54,828 nucleotides of DNA from the NCBI GenBank assembly GCA_032718475.1, contig JAUCBJ010000386.1, forward strand, positions 1 to 54,828, written 5' to 3'. This DNA comes from Nemertoderma westbladi (lineage: Eukaryota; Animalia; Xenacoelomorpha). The position numbers and the translations under genes were made by a program. Below are positions 11,096 through 24,600 of this stretch, piece after piece (the first letter of the stretch is position 1; every line of letters begins with the position of its first letter). The notes under the pieces are model-generated. The model was not told the origin of the DNA. It did no database searches and was given only the letters and a program-made list of their open reading frames with translations.

Positions 11096-14000
11096 TGATT
11101 ATTCAATGTGGCTGGACCCACGCACGGAAAGTTAGCTGAAACATTACAGAAACTCGTGTATCTTAACTGATTATTCAGTGCAGCTGGATCCACGCACGGA
11201 AAGTTAGCTGAAACATTACAGAAACTTGTGTATCTTAACTGATTATTCAGTGCAGCTGGATCCACGCACAGAAAGTTAGCTGAAACATTACAGAAACTCG
11301 TGTATCTTAACTGATTATTCAGTGCAGCTGGATCCACGCACAGAAAGTTAGCTGAAACATTACAGAAACTCGTGTATCTTAACTGATTATTCAGTGCAGC
11401 TGGATCCACGCACAGAAAGTTAGCTGAAACATTACAGAAACTCGTGTATCTTAACTGATTATTCAGTGCAGCTGGATCCACGCACAGAAAGTTAGCTGAA
11501 ACATTACAGAAACTTGTGTATCTTAACTGATTATTCAGTGCAGCTGGATAAACGCACAGAAAGTTAGCTGAAACATTACAGAAACTCGTGTATCTTAACT
11601 GATTATTAAGTGTGGCTGGATCCACGCACAGAAAGTTAGCTGAAACATTACAGAAACTTGTGTATCTTAACTGATTATTCAGTGCAGCTGGATCCACGCA
11701 CAGAAAGTTAGCTGAAACATTACAGAAACTCGTGTATCTTAACTGATTATTCAGTGCAGCTGGATCCACGCACAGAAAGTTAGCTGAAACATTACAGAAA
11801 CTTGTGTATCTTAACTGATTATTCAGTGCAGCTGGATCCACGCACAGAAAGTTAGCTGAAACATTACAGAAACTCGTGTATCTTAACTGATTATTAAGTG
11901 TGGCTGGATCCAGGCACGGAAAGTTAGCTGAAACAATACAAAAACTCGTGCATCTTAACTGATTATTCAGTGTGGCTGGACCCACGCACGGAAAGTTAGC
12001 TGAAACAATACAAAAACTCGTGTATCTTGACTGATTATTCAGTGTGGCTGGATCCACGCACAGAAAGTTAGCTGAAACAATACAAAAACTCGTGCATCTT
12101 AAATGATTATTCAGTGCAGCTGGACCCACGCACAGAAAGTTAGCTGAAACAATACAGAAACTCGTGTATCTTGACTGATTATTCAGTGCAGCTGGATCCA
12201 CGCACGGAAAGTTAGCTGAAACAATACAGAAACTCGTGTATCTTGACTGATTATTCAGTGTGGCTGGATCCACGCACAGAAAGTTAGCTGAAACAATACA
12301 AAAACTCGTGCATCTTAACTGATTATTCAGTGTGGCTGGACCCACGCACGGAAAGTTAGCTGAAACATTACAGAAACTCGTGTATCTTAACTGATTATTC
12401 AGTGCAGCTGGATCCACGCACAGAAAGTTAGCTGAAACAATACAAAAACTCGTGCATCTTAACTGATTATTCAGTGTGGCTGGACCCACGCACGGAAAGT
12501 TAGCTGAAACATTACAGAAACTCGTGTATCTTAACTGATTATTCAGTGCAGCTGGACCCACGCACGGAAAGTTAGCTGATACATTACAGAAACTCGTGTA
12601 TCTTAACTGATTATTCAGTGCAGCTGGACCCACGCACGGAAAGTTAGCTGAAACATTACAGAAACTCGTGTATCTTAACTGATTATTCAGTGCAGCTGGA
12701 CCCACGCACGGAAAGTTAGCTGAAACATTACAGAAACTCGTGTATCTTGACTGATTATTCAGTGTGGCTGGATCCACGCACGGAAAGTTAGCTGAAACAA
12801 TACAGAAACTCGTGTATCTTGACTGATTATTCAGTGTGGCTGGATCCACGCACAGAAAGTTAGCTGAAACAATACAAAAACTCGTGCATCTTAACTGATT
12901 ATTCAGTGTGGCTGGACCCACGCACGGAAAGTTAGCTGAAACATTACAGAAACTCGTGTATCTTGACTGATTATTCAGTGTGGCTGGATCCACGCACAGA
13001 AAGTTAGCTGAAACAATACAGAAACTCGTGTATCTTGACTGATTATTCAGTGCAGCCGGATCCACGCACGGAAAGTTAGCTGAAACAATACTGATACTCG
13101 TGTATCTTTACTGATTATTCAGTGCAGCTGGATCCACGCACGGAAAGTTAGCTGAAACAATACAGAAACTCGTGTATCTTGACTGATTATTCAGTGCAGC
13201 TGGATCCACGCACGGAAAGTTAGCTGAAACAATACAGAAACTCGTGTATCTTGACTGATTATTCAGTGTGGCTGGATCCACGCACAGAAAGTTAGCTGAA
13301 ACAATACAAAAACTCGTGCATCTTAACTGATTATTCAGTGTGGCTGGACCCACGCACGGAAAGTTAGCTGAAACATTACAGAAACTCGTGTATCTTAACT
13401 GATTATTCAGTGCAGCTGGATCCACGCACAGAAAGTTAGCTGAAACAATACAAAAACTCGTGCATCTTAACTGATTATTCAGTGTGGCTGGACCCACGCA
13501 CGGAAAGTTAGCTGAAACATTACAGAAACTCATGTATCTTAACTGATTATTCAGTGCAGCTGGACCCACGCACGGAAAGTTAGCTGAAACATTACAGAAA
13601 CTCGTGTATCTTAACTGATTATTCAGTGCAGCTGGATCCACGCATAGAAAGTTAGCTGAAACAATACAAAAACTCGTGCATCTTAACTGATTATTCAGTG
13701 TGGCTGGACCCACGCACGGAAAGTTAGCTGAAACATTACAGAAACTCGTGTATCTTAACTGATTATTCAGTGCAGCTGGATCCACGCATAGAAAGTTAGC
13801 TGAAACAATACAAAAACTCGTGCATCTTAACTGATTATTCAGTGTGGCTGGACCCACGCACGGAAAGTTAGCTGAAACAATACAAAAACTCGTGCATCTT
13901 AACTGATTATTCAGTGTGGCTGGACCCACGCACGGAAAGTTAGCTGAAACAATACAAAAACTCGTGCATCTTAACTGATTATTCAGTGTGGCTGGACCCA

Positions 14001-17000
14001 CGCACGGAAAGTTAGCTGAAACAATACAAAAACTCGTGCATCTTAACTGATTATTCAGTGTGGCTGGACCCACGCACGGAAAGTTAGCTGAAACATTACA
14101 GAAACTCGTGTATCTTAACTGATTATTCAGTGCAGCTGGATCCACGCACGGAAAGTTAGCTGAAACATTACAGAAACTTGTGTATCTTAACTGATTATTC
14201 AGTGTGGCTGGACCCACGCACGGAAAGTTAGCTGAAACATTACAGAAACTCGTGTATCTTAACTGATTATTCAGTGCAGCTGGATCCACGCACGGAAAGT
14301 TAGCTGAAACAATACAAAAACTCGTGCATCTTAACTGATTATTCAGTGTGGCTGGACCCAGGCACGGAAAGTTAGCTGAAACAATACAAAAACTCGTGCA
14401 TCTTAACTGATTATTCAGTGTGGCTGGACCCACGCACGGAAAGTTAGCTGAAACAATACAAAAACTCGTGCATCTTAACTGATTATTCAGTGTGGCTGGA
14501 CCCACGCACGGAAAGTTAGCTGAAACATTACAGAAACTCGTGTATCTTAACTGATTATTCAGTGCAGCTGGACCCACGCACGGAAAGTTAGCTGAAACAT
14601 TACAGAAACTCGTGTATCTTAACTGATTATTCAGTGCAGCTGGACCCACGCACGGAAAGTTAGCTGAAACATTACAGAAACTCGTGTATCTTAACTGATT
14701 ATTCAGTGCAGCTGGACCCACGCACGGAAAGTTAGCTGAAACATTACAGAAACTCGTGTATCTTGACTGATTATTCAGTGTGGCTGGATCCACGCACGGA
14801 AAGTTAGCTGAAACAATACAGAAACTCGTGTATCTTGACTGATTATTCAGTGTGGCTGGATCCACGCACAGAAAGTTAGCTGAAACAATACAAAAACTCG
14901 TGCATCTTAACTGATTATTCAGTGTGGCTGGACCCACGCACGGAAAGTTAGCTGAAACATTACAGAAACTCGTGTATCTTGACTGATTATTCAGTGTGGC
15001 TGGATCCACGCACAGAAAGTTAGCTGAAACAATACAGAAACTCGTGTATCTTGACTGATTATTCAGTGCAGCCGGATCCACGCACGGAAAGTTAGCTGAA
15101 ACAATACAGAAACTCGTGTATCTTGACTGATTATTCAGTGTGGCTGGATCCACGCACAGAAAGTTAGCTGAAACAATACAAAAACTCGTGCATCTTAACT
15201 GATTATTCAGTGTTGCTGGACCCACGCACGGAAAGTTAGCTGAAACATTACAGAAACTCGTGTATCTTAACTGATTATTCAGTGCAGCTGGATCCACGCA
15301 CAGAAAGTTAGCTGAAACAATACAAAAACTCGTGCATCTTAACTGATTATTCAGTGTGGCTGGACCCACGCACGGAAAGTTAGCTGAAACATTACAGAAA
15401 CTCATGTATCTTAACTGATTATTCAGTGCAGCTGGACCCACGCACGGAAAGTTAGCTGAAACAATACAGAAACTCGTGTATCTTGACTGATTATTCAGTG
15501 TGGCTGGATCCACGCACAGAAAGTTAGCTGAAACAATACAAAAACTCGTGCATCTTAACTGATTATTCAGTGTGGCTGGATCCACGCACGGAAAGTTAGC
15601 TGAAACAATACAGAAACTCGTGTATCTTGACTGATTATTCAGTGTGGCTGGATCCACGCACAGAAAGTTAGCTGAAACAATACAAAAACTCGTGCATCTT
15701 AACTGATTATTCAGTGTGGCTGGATCCACGCACGGAAAGTTAGCTGAAACAATACAGAAACTCGTGTATCTTGACTGATTATTCAGTGTGGCTGGATCCA
15801 CGCACAGAAAGTTAGCTGAAACAATACAAAAACTCGTGCATCTTAACTGATTATTCAGTGTGGCTGGATCCACGCACGGAAAGTTAGCTGAAACAATACA
15901 GAAACTCGTGTATCTTGACTGATTATTCAGTGCAGCTGGATCCACGCACGGAAAGTTAGCTGAAACAATACAGAAACTCGTGTATCTTGACTGATTATTC
16001 AGTGTGGCTGGATCCACGCACAGAAAGTTAGCTGAAACAATACAAAAACTCGTGCATCTTAACTGATTATTCAGTGTGGCTGGACCCACGCACGGAAAGT
16101 TAGCTGAAACATTACAGAAACTCGTGTATCTTAACTGATTATTCAGTGCAGCTGGATCCACGCACAGAAAGTTAGCTGAAACAATACAAAAACTCGTGCA
16201 TCTTAACTGATTATTCAGTGTGGCTGGACCCACGCACGGAAAGTTAGCTGAAACATTACAGAAACTCATGTATCTTAACTGATTATTCAGTGCAGCTGGA
16301 CCCACGCACGGAAAGTTAGCTGAAACATTACAGAAACTCGTGTATCTTAACTGATTATTCAGTGCAGCTGGACCCAGGCACGGAAAGTTAGCTGAAACAT
16401 TACAGAAACTCGTGTATCTTAACTGATTATTCAGTGCAGCTGGACCCACGCACGGAAAGTTAGCTGAAACAATACAGAAACTCGTGTATCTTGACTGATT
16501 ATTCAGTTGGCTGGATCCACGCACAGAAAGTTAGCTGAAACAATACAAAAACTCGTGCATCTTAACTGATTATTCAGTGTGGCTGGACCCACGCACGGAA
16601 AGTTAGCTGAAACATTACAGAAACTTGTGTATCTTAACTGATTATTCAGTGCAGCTGGACCCACGCACGGAAAGTTAGCTGAAACATTACAGAAACTCGT
16701 GTATCTTAACTGATTATTCAGTGCAGCTGGATCCACGCACAGAAAGTTAGCTGAAACAATACAAAAACTCGTGCATCTTAACTGATTATTCAGTGTGGCT
16801 GGATCCACGCACGGAAAGTTAGCTGAAACAATACAGAAACTCGTGTATATTGACTGATTATTCAGTGTGGCTGGATCCACGCACGGAAAGTTAGCTGAAA
16901 CAATACAGAAACTCGTGTATATTGACTGATTATTCAGTGTGGCTGGATCCAGGCACGGAAAGTTAGCTGAAACAATACAAAAACTCGTGTATCTTAACTG

Positions 17001-17356
17001 ATTATTAAGTATGGCTGGATCCACGCACGGAAAGTTAGCTGAAACAATACAAAAACTCGTGTATCTTAACTGATTATTAAGTATGGCTGGATCCACGCAC
17101 GGAAAGTTAGCTGAAACAATACAAAAACTCGCGCATCTTAACTGATTATTAAGTGTGGCTGGATCCAGGCACGGAAAGTTAGCTGAAACAATACAAAAAG
17201 TCGTGTATCTTAACTGATTATTAAGCGTGGCTGGATCCAGGCACGGAAAGTTAGCTGAAACAATACAAAAAGTCGTGTATATTGACTGATTATTCAGTGT
17301 GGCTGGATCCAGGCACGGAAAGTTAGCTGAAACAATACAGAAACTCGTGTATCTTA
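11096..17356. repeat. 72-bp tandem array, right block (~87 units)
   Basis: Same unit; resumes in register after the LTR element; more diverged units at the right edge; 1-bp deletion near 16507. Confidence 0.98.
17273..17326 (-). CDS. Start of putative host exon G (phase 1; ANFPCLDPATLNNQ...), repeated in every 72-bp unit; its end and the copy actually used are unknown
   Basis: Acceptor tgtattgtttcAG (17328-17327) closes a 91-nt intron from exon F. The join reads ICDAEITSVG-ANFPC...YTS, paralogous to exon C VCKISFPHIG-SNFPT...YES. Confidence 0.6.
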
Positions 17357-17417
17357 GCAGGTAATTTCACCGTATTCACGCACAGAATGTCGTGTATATT
17401 ATTCAATAAATAATTAC

Positions 17418-17607
17418 CTCCGACTGATGTTATCTCCGCGTCGCAGATAGTGAACTCATCCGGTACGTCTACAATGAGTACGTATTTAGCGGTGACCCCT
17501 GGCGGTAGTACCGCGCTAACGTGGTACGTCTTTACGTCCATGTAATCCACCGTGTTGGCCCCACTCTCCTGTATCACGGACGCCCGCTGCAACCAGTCCA
17601 TTTGAAT
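17418..17607 (-). CDS. Host gene exon F (phase 0-1): IQMDWLQRASV...EFTICDAEITSVG
   Basis: Acceptor gtttactcAG (17609-17608); donor GAG|GTAATT (17417); 190 nt = 63 codons + 1; frame equals track ORF 17323..17601. Confidence 0.85.
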
Positions 17608-17956
17608 CTGAGTAAACGTAACAGTGGATTAAATAAGTTGAAACAATCAAAGCGATACATTGATATTGGTTGTAGAAATTGAAAGTTTTAGTCATACAAA
17701 GATGCATAATATGTACCTAAACACGACAGATTCCAACATACCAACCAACAAGCATGTATTATATATCTTACTCGTAGCCATCTCAAAGACTTACGAATTA
17801 ATTCGTTCACGTTCAGAATCACGTTCATTGTGGCTCAACACATTTATTTTTAGTTACATATTCACATCACACATTATAAACACAGACACCCAAGAAATTG
17901 AGACATTTTTGTTAATTAATAGTAAAGAAAATCTTCAGATATTTATAAACCTTGAT

Positions 17957-18218
17957 GATCGCAGTGGCCGAGTGGATACGGCGCCTGAACTGCTTACACA
18001 ATAGTGTTTGGTGGTGCAGGTTCGAATCCGACTAAAGGCTGTAGAAATTTCGCACTGTTGTATCCCTAGGCAAGACACTTTAGACATTAGTGCCTACGCC
18101 AACCCAGCGGTATAATGGGAACCTGGCTTTGCTGGGGTAATGATAATAAAAGCGCTTTGAGTATGCTGAGCGTAGAAAAGCGCTATATAAATAACCAATA
18201 TTATTATTATTATTATTA
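17957..18218 (+). mobile_element. tRNA-derived CORE-like SINE with L2-type 3' end
   Basis: A box TGGCCGAGTGG; B box GGTTCGAATCC; CORE-like TGTATCCCTAGGCAAGACACTT...TAATGGG; 3' AAAGCGCTTTGAG...AAAAGCGCTATATAAAT and (TAT)n tail; possible ATGATC TSD. Confidence 0.85.
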
Positions 18219-18244
18219 TGATCATTTCCAAATATATTTGTTAA

Positions 18245-18960
18245 GGGAGGGGGTGGGGGGTACACCATTTTCGGACAACTCTTCGATTTATCACTCTCAG
18301 CGTTTCAAAACTGTTTGGTTTTGGCTATAATTTGGAAAATAGGTACCTAAGATGCTATTCTAGATGACAGGTCAGAAAATTTTTATTTTTCGCTATTTAA
18401 TATTAGTTAATACTAGTTAATAATAAAAAAAACGCAGTTGCGCTTAAAACCCTAAGGATTTTACAGTTTTGAATCTAATCACATGAAAGTTTTTTATATG
18501 ATAGATCAAAGATGGGGCAACATAACTATCAGGCGAAATTTTGTGAAAATAATTCTGCACCGCTAGGTGGCGCTGCAAATTTATGCAAATTTTTTAGGTT
18601 TGTTATAAATAGTATTAAATTTTATTAACAAAAAATTTAGAAACGTTGTCTGATACTTTTATGCAAGGTGGCTATGTTGACACCCACAGAAATTTTCAGA
18701 CTATTTGCTCAAAAATTGTAGAAGTAGTAGGGTTTTGAAGTTGACAATTTCATTAAAAAAATATTTGGAGATAATCGACCTTTCATTATACATAGTAATA
18801 GTAATTTCAATAGGTCCCTAAATGGAAATTGTTATAACTTGAAAACTAAAAGAGCTATTAAATAGCGGTTTTCAGATTTGGAAACACCATTTAATCGTGC
18901 ATTATAATAGATCATAGAAATAATGTCGACATATTTTGTACCCCCCCCCCCCCCCCCCCC
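18245..18960. mobile_element. Non-autonomous DNA transposon (MITE), Kolobok-like
   Basis: TTAA on both sides (18241-18244, 18961-18964); termini G-run-TAC ... GTA-C20 form imperfect inverted repeats; AT-rich non-coding interior. TTAA TSD with RR...YY ends is the Kolobok pattern. Confidence 0.7.
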
Positions 18961-19046
18961 TTAATGATCTCACAAGATTTCTACTTATGTACGAATGAAT
19001 GAACTGAATAAAGTATTCGATGAGGCTCTACAGCGGTGCGACTCAC

Positions 19047-19238
19047 TCTAGTTAACTCAATTTTAGCTGGAGGGTTTCCGGAAGCCACGAATTCTACGGG
19101 TTTCAGGATTATTTCAGGAATTCCGGGTCCGATTTCGATACTGGCGTCTACAGCAACCACAGGAGGGTCCTGGTTGTTTATAGGTTCTATTGCAACTCCC
19201 AACAGATCGAAAGCGATGGCAACTTCCAGACGATTCTC
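19047..19238 (-). CDS. Host gene exon E (64 codons, phase 0-0): ENRLEVAIAFDLLG...PPAKIELTR
   Basis: Acceptor tgatttttAG (19240-19239); donor AGA|GTGAGT (19046); frame equals track ORF 18981..19202. Confidence 0.85.
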
Positions 19239-19344
19239 CTAAAAATCACAATTATTCTATTTATTGGGGTTTTATTAATATTATAACTTATTATAAGGTA
19301 ATAATATATTATCTAATATATTTTACTCATGGGTCCCCTGAAAA

Positions 19345-19425
19345 CATCTAACCGATCTTGACTTTGCTGATGATCTTGGTTTACTGTCAGAGACATTGGG
19401 GAAAGTACAGAAGCTGCATCCATCG
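19345..19425 (+). pseudogene. Short LINE reverse-transcriptase remnant (HLTDLDFADDLGLLSETLGKVQKL)
   Basis: FADD at 19363-19374; aligns by eye to YITDLDFTDDLGVISESLEGVQPL in the LINE at ~46.5 kb. Confidence 0.85.
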
Positions 19426-21682
19426 TTGGTGGGAGTACAGAAGCTGCATCAATCGTTGGTGGGAGTACAGAAGCTGCATCCATCCATCGTTGGTGGGATA
19501 ACAGAAGCTGCATCCACCGTTGGTGGGAGTACAGAAGCTGCATCCATCGTTGGTGGGAGTACAGAAGCTGCATCCATCGTTGGTGGGAGTACAGAAACTG
19601 CATCCATCGTTGGTGGGAGTACAGAAGCTGCATCCATCCATCGTTGGTGGGAGTACAGAAGCTGCATCCATCGTTGGTGGGAGTACATGAGCTGTATCCA
19701 TCGTTGGTGGGAGTACAGAAGCTGCATCCATTGTTGGTGGTAGTACAGAAGCTGAATCCATTGTTGGTGGGAGTACACAAGCTGCATCCATCGTTGATGG
19801 GAGTACAGAAGCTGCATCCATCCATAGTTGGTGGGAGTACAGAAGCTGCATCCATCCATCGTTGGTGGGAGTACAGAAGCTGCATCCATCGTTGGTGGGA
19901 GTACAGAAGCTGCATCCATCGTTGGTGGGAGTACAGAAGCTGCATCCATCCATCGTTGGTGGGAGTATAGAAGCTGCATCCATTCATCGTTGGTGGGAGT
20001 ACAGAAGCTGCATCCATCCATCGTTGGTGCGAGTACAGAAGCTGCATCCATCGTTGGTGGTAGTACAGAAGCTGCATCCATCGGTGGTAGGAGTACAGAA
20101 GCTGCATCCATCGTTGGTGGGAGTACAGAAGCTGCATCCATCCATCGTTGGTGGGAGTGCAGAAGCTGCATCCATTCATCGTTGGTGGGAGTACAGAAGC
20201 TGCATCCATCCATCGTTGGTGGGAGTACAGAAGCTGCATCCATCGTTGGTGGGAGTACAGAAGCTGCATCCATCGTTGGTGGGAGTACAGAAGCTGCATC
20301 CATCGTTGGTGGGAGTACAGAAGCTGCATCCATCCATCGTTGGTGGGAGTACAGAAGCTGCATCCATCGTTGGTGGGAGTACAGAAGCTGCATCCATCCA
20401 TCGTTGGTGGGAGTACAGAACCTTGAGCCATTGTTGGTGGGAGTACAGAAGCTGCATCCATCGTTGGTGGGAGTAGAGAAGCTGCATCCATTCATCGTTG
20501 GTGGGAGTACAGAAGCTGCATCCATCCATCGTTGGTGGGAGTACAGAAGCTGGATCCATCCATCGTTGGTGGGAGTACAGAAGCTGCATCCATCGTTGGT
20601 GGGAGTACAGAAGCTGCATCCATCGTTGGTGGGAGTACAGAAGCTGCATCCCTCCATCGGTGGTGGGAGTACAGAACCTGCATCCATTGTTGGTGGGAGT
20701 ACAGAAGCTGCATCCATCGTTGGTGGGAGTACAGAAGCTGCATCAATCGTTGGTGGGAGTACAGAAGCTGCAACCATCGTTGGTGGGAGTACAGAAGCTG
20801 CATCCATCGTTGGTGGGAGTACAGAAGCTGCATCCATCGTTGGTCGGAGTACGGAAGCTGCATCCATCGTTGGTGGGAGTACAGAAGCTGCATCCATCGT
20901 TGGTGGGAGTACAGAAGCTGCATCCATCGTTGGTGGGAGTGGAGTACAGAATCTGCATCCATCGTTGGTGGGAGTACAGAAGCTGCATCCATCCATCGTT
21001 GGTGGGAGTACAGAAGCTGCATCCATTATTGGTGGGAGTACTGAACCTGCATCCATTGTTGGTGGGAGTACAGCAGCTGCATCCATCGTTGGTGGGAGTA
21101 CAGAAGCTGCACCCATCGTTGGTGGGAGTACAGAAGCTGCATCCATCCATCGTTGGTGGGAGTACAGAACCTGCATCCATTATTGGTGGGAGTACAGAAG
21201 CTGCATCCATCGTTGGTGGGAGTACTGAACCTGCATCCATTGTTGGTGGGAGTACAGAAGCTGCATCCATCGTTGGTGGGAGTACAGAAGCTGCATCCAT
21301 CGTTGGTGGGAGTACTGAAGCTGCATCCATCGTTGGTGGGAGTACAGAAGCTGCATCCATCGTTGGTGGGAGTACAGAAGCTGCATCCATCGTTGGTGGG
21401 AGTACAGAAGCTGCATCCATCGTTGGTGGGAGTACAGCAGCTGCATCCATCGTTGGTGGGAGTACAGAAGCTGCACCCATCGTTGGTGGGAGTACAAAAG
21501 CTGCATCCATCCATCGTTGGTGGGAGTACAGAACCTGCATCCATTATTGGTGGGAGTACTGAACCTGCATCCATTGTTGGTGGGAGTACAGAAGCTGTAT
21601 CCATCGTTGGTGGGAGTACAGAAGCTGCATCCATCCATCGTTGGTGGGAGTACAGAACCTGCATCCATTATTGGTGGGAGTA
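19405..21682. repeat. 30-bp minisatellite with 34-bp variants (~70-75 units)
   Basis: Unit gtacagaagctgcatccatcgttggtggga; variants carry an extra CATC. Confidence 0.97.
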
Positions 21683-21696
21683 TTATTGGGGTATTG

Positions 21697-24600
21697 ATAA
21701 CTCACATCGCTGAAACGCCCAGTAAACAAATAACTCATATCGCTGAAACCTTCAGTAAACAAATAACGCACATCGCTGAAACGCCCAGTAAACAAATAAC
21801 TCACATCGCTGAAACCTTCAGTAAACAAATAACTCACATCGCTGAAACCTTCAGTAAACAAATAACTCACATCGCTGAAACGCCCTGTAAACAAATAACT
21901 CACATCGCTGAAACGCCCTGTAAACAAATAACTCACATCGCTGAAACGCCCAGTAAACAAATAACTCACATCGCTGAAACGCCCAGTAAACAAATAACTC
22001 ACATCGCTGAAACCTTCAGTAAACAAATAACTCACATCGCTGAAACGCCCAGTAAACAAATAACTCACATCGCTGAATCCTTCAGTAAACAAATAACTCA
22101 TATCGCTGAAACGCCCAGTAAACAAATAACTCACATCGCTGAAACCTTCAGTAAACAAATAACTCACATCGCTGAAACGCCCTGTAAACAAATAACTCAC
22201 ATCGCTGAAACGCCCTGTAAACAAATAACTCACATCGCTGAAACCTTCAGTAAACAAATAACTCTCATCGCTGAAACGCCCAGTAAACAAATAACTCACA
22301 TCGCTGAAACGCCGAGTAAACAAATAACTCACATCGCTGAAACCTTCAGTAAACAAATAACTCTCATCGCTGAAACGCCCAGTAAAAAAATAACTCACAT
22401 CGCTGAAACGCCCAGTAAACAAATAACTCACATCGCTGAATCCTTCAGTAAACAAATAACTCATATCGCTGAAACGCCCTGTAAACAAATAACTCGCACC
22501 GCTGAAACCTTCAGTAAACAAATAACTCTCATCGCTGAAACGCCCAGTAAACAAATAACTCACATCGCTGAAACGCCCTGTAAACAAATAACTCACATCG
22601 CTGAAACGCCCTGTAAACAAATAACTCACATCGCTGAAACCTTCAGTAAACAAATAACTCACATCGCTGAAACGCCCTGTAAACAAATAACTCACATCGC
22701 TGAAACGCCCTGTAAACAAATAACTCACATCGCTGAAACGCCCAGTAAACAAATAACACACATCGCTGAAACTCCCTGTAAACAAATAACTCACATCGCT
22801 GAAACGTTCAGTAAACAAATAACTCACATCGCTGAAACCTTCAGTAAACAAATAACTCACATCGCTGAAACGCCCAGTAAACAAATAACACACATCGCTG
22901 AAACGCCCAGTAAACAAATAACTCACATCGCTGAAACGCCCAGTAAACAAATAACTCACATCGCTGAAACCTTCAGTAAACAAATAACTCACATCGCTGA
23001 AACGCCCAGTAAACAAATAACTCACATCGCTGAAACGCCCTGTAAACAAATAACTCACATCGCTGAAACGCCCAGTAAACAAATAACTAACATCGCTGAA
23101 ACGCCCAGTAAACAAATAACTCACATCGCTGAAACCTTCAGTAAACAAATAACTCACATCGCTGAAACCTTCAGTAAACCAATAACTCACATCGCTGAAA
23201 CGCCCTGTAAACAAATAACTCACATCGATGAAACCTTCAGTAAACAAATAACTCACATCGCTGAAACGCCCTGTAAACAAATAACTCACATCGCTGAAAC
23301 GCCCTGTAAACAAATAACTCACATCGCTGAAACGCCCAGTAAACAAATAACACACATCGCTGAAACTCCCTGTAAACAAATAACTCACATCGCTGAAACG
23401 TTCAGTAAACAAATAACTCACATCGCTGAAACCTTCAGTAAACAAATAACTCACATCGCTGAAACGCCCAGTAAACAAATAACACACATCGCTGAAACGC
23501 CCAGTAGACAAATAACTCACATCGCTGAAACGCCCAGTAAACAAATAACTCACATCGCTGAAACCTTCAGTAAACAAATAACTCACATCGCTGAAACGCC
23601 CTGTAAACAAATAACTCACATCGCTGAAACGCCCAGTAAACAAATAACACACATCGCTGAAACTCCCTGTAAACAAATAACTCACATCTCTGAAACGTTC
23701 AGTAAACAAATAACTCACATCGCTGAAACCTTCAGTAAACAAATAACTCACATCGCTGAAACGCCCAGTAAACAAATAACTCACATCGCTGAAACGCCGA
23801 GTAAACAAATAACTCACATCGCTGAAACGCCCAGTAAACAAATAAATCACATCGCTGAAACGCCCTGTAAACAAATAACTCACATCGCTGAAACCTTCAG
23901 TAAACAAATAACTCACATCGCTGAAACCTTCAGTAAACAAATAACTCACATCGCTGAAACGCCCAGTAAACAAATAACACACATCGCTGAAACGCCCAGT
24001 AAACAAATAACTCACATCGCTGAAACGCCCAGTAAACAAATAACTCACATCGCTGAAACCTTCAGTAAACAAATAACTCACATCGCTGAAACGCCCAGTA
24101 AACAAATAACTCACATCGCTGAAACGCCCTGTAAACAAATAACTCACATCGCTGAAACGCCCAGTAAACAAATAACTAACATCGCTGAAACGCCCAGTAA
24201 ACAAATAACTCACATCGCTGAAACCTTCAGTAAACAAATAACTCACATCGCTGAAACCTTCAGTAAACAAATAACTCACATCGCTGAAACGCCCTGTAAA
24301 CAAATAACTCACATCGATGAAACCTTCAGTAAACAAATAACTCACATCGCTGAAACGCCCTGTAAACAAATAACTCACATCGCTGAAACGCCCTGTAAAC
24401 AAATAACTCACATCGCTGAAACGCCCAGTAAACAAATAACACACATCGCTGAAACTCCCTGTAAACAAATAACTCACATCGCTGAAACGTTCAGTAAACA
24501 AATAACTCACATCGCTGAAACCTTCAGTAAACAAATAACTCACATCGCTGAAACGCCCAGTAAACAAATAACACACATCGCTGAAACGCCCAGTAGACAA

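Noticed and set aside
5-17096. Cys-rich 24-aa repeat ORFs as standalone genes
   Set aside because: No real start, broken by stops, a frameshift and an LTR insertion; only the ANFPC portion has exon-like support.
17957-18035. tRNA gene
   Set aside because: A and B boxes continue into a CORE-like body and LINE-type tail; no convincing cloverleaf, so called a SINE.
19313-21713. Many overlapping ORFs in the 30-bp array
   Set aside because: Consequence of a unit with no stops in most frames and frequent 4-nt frameshifting variants.
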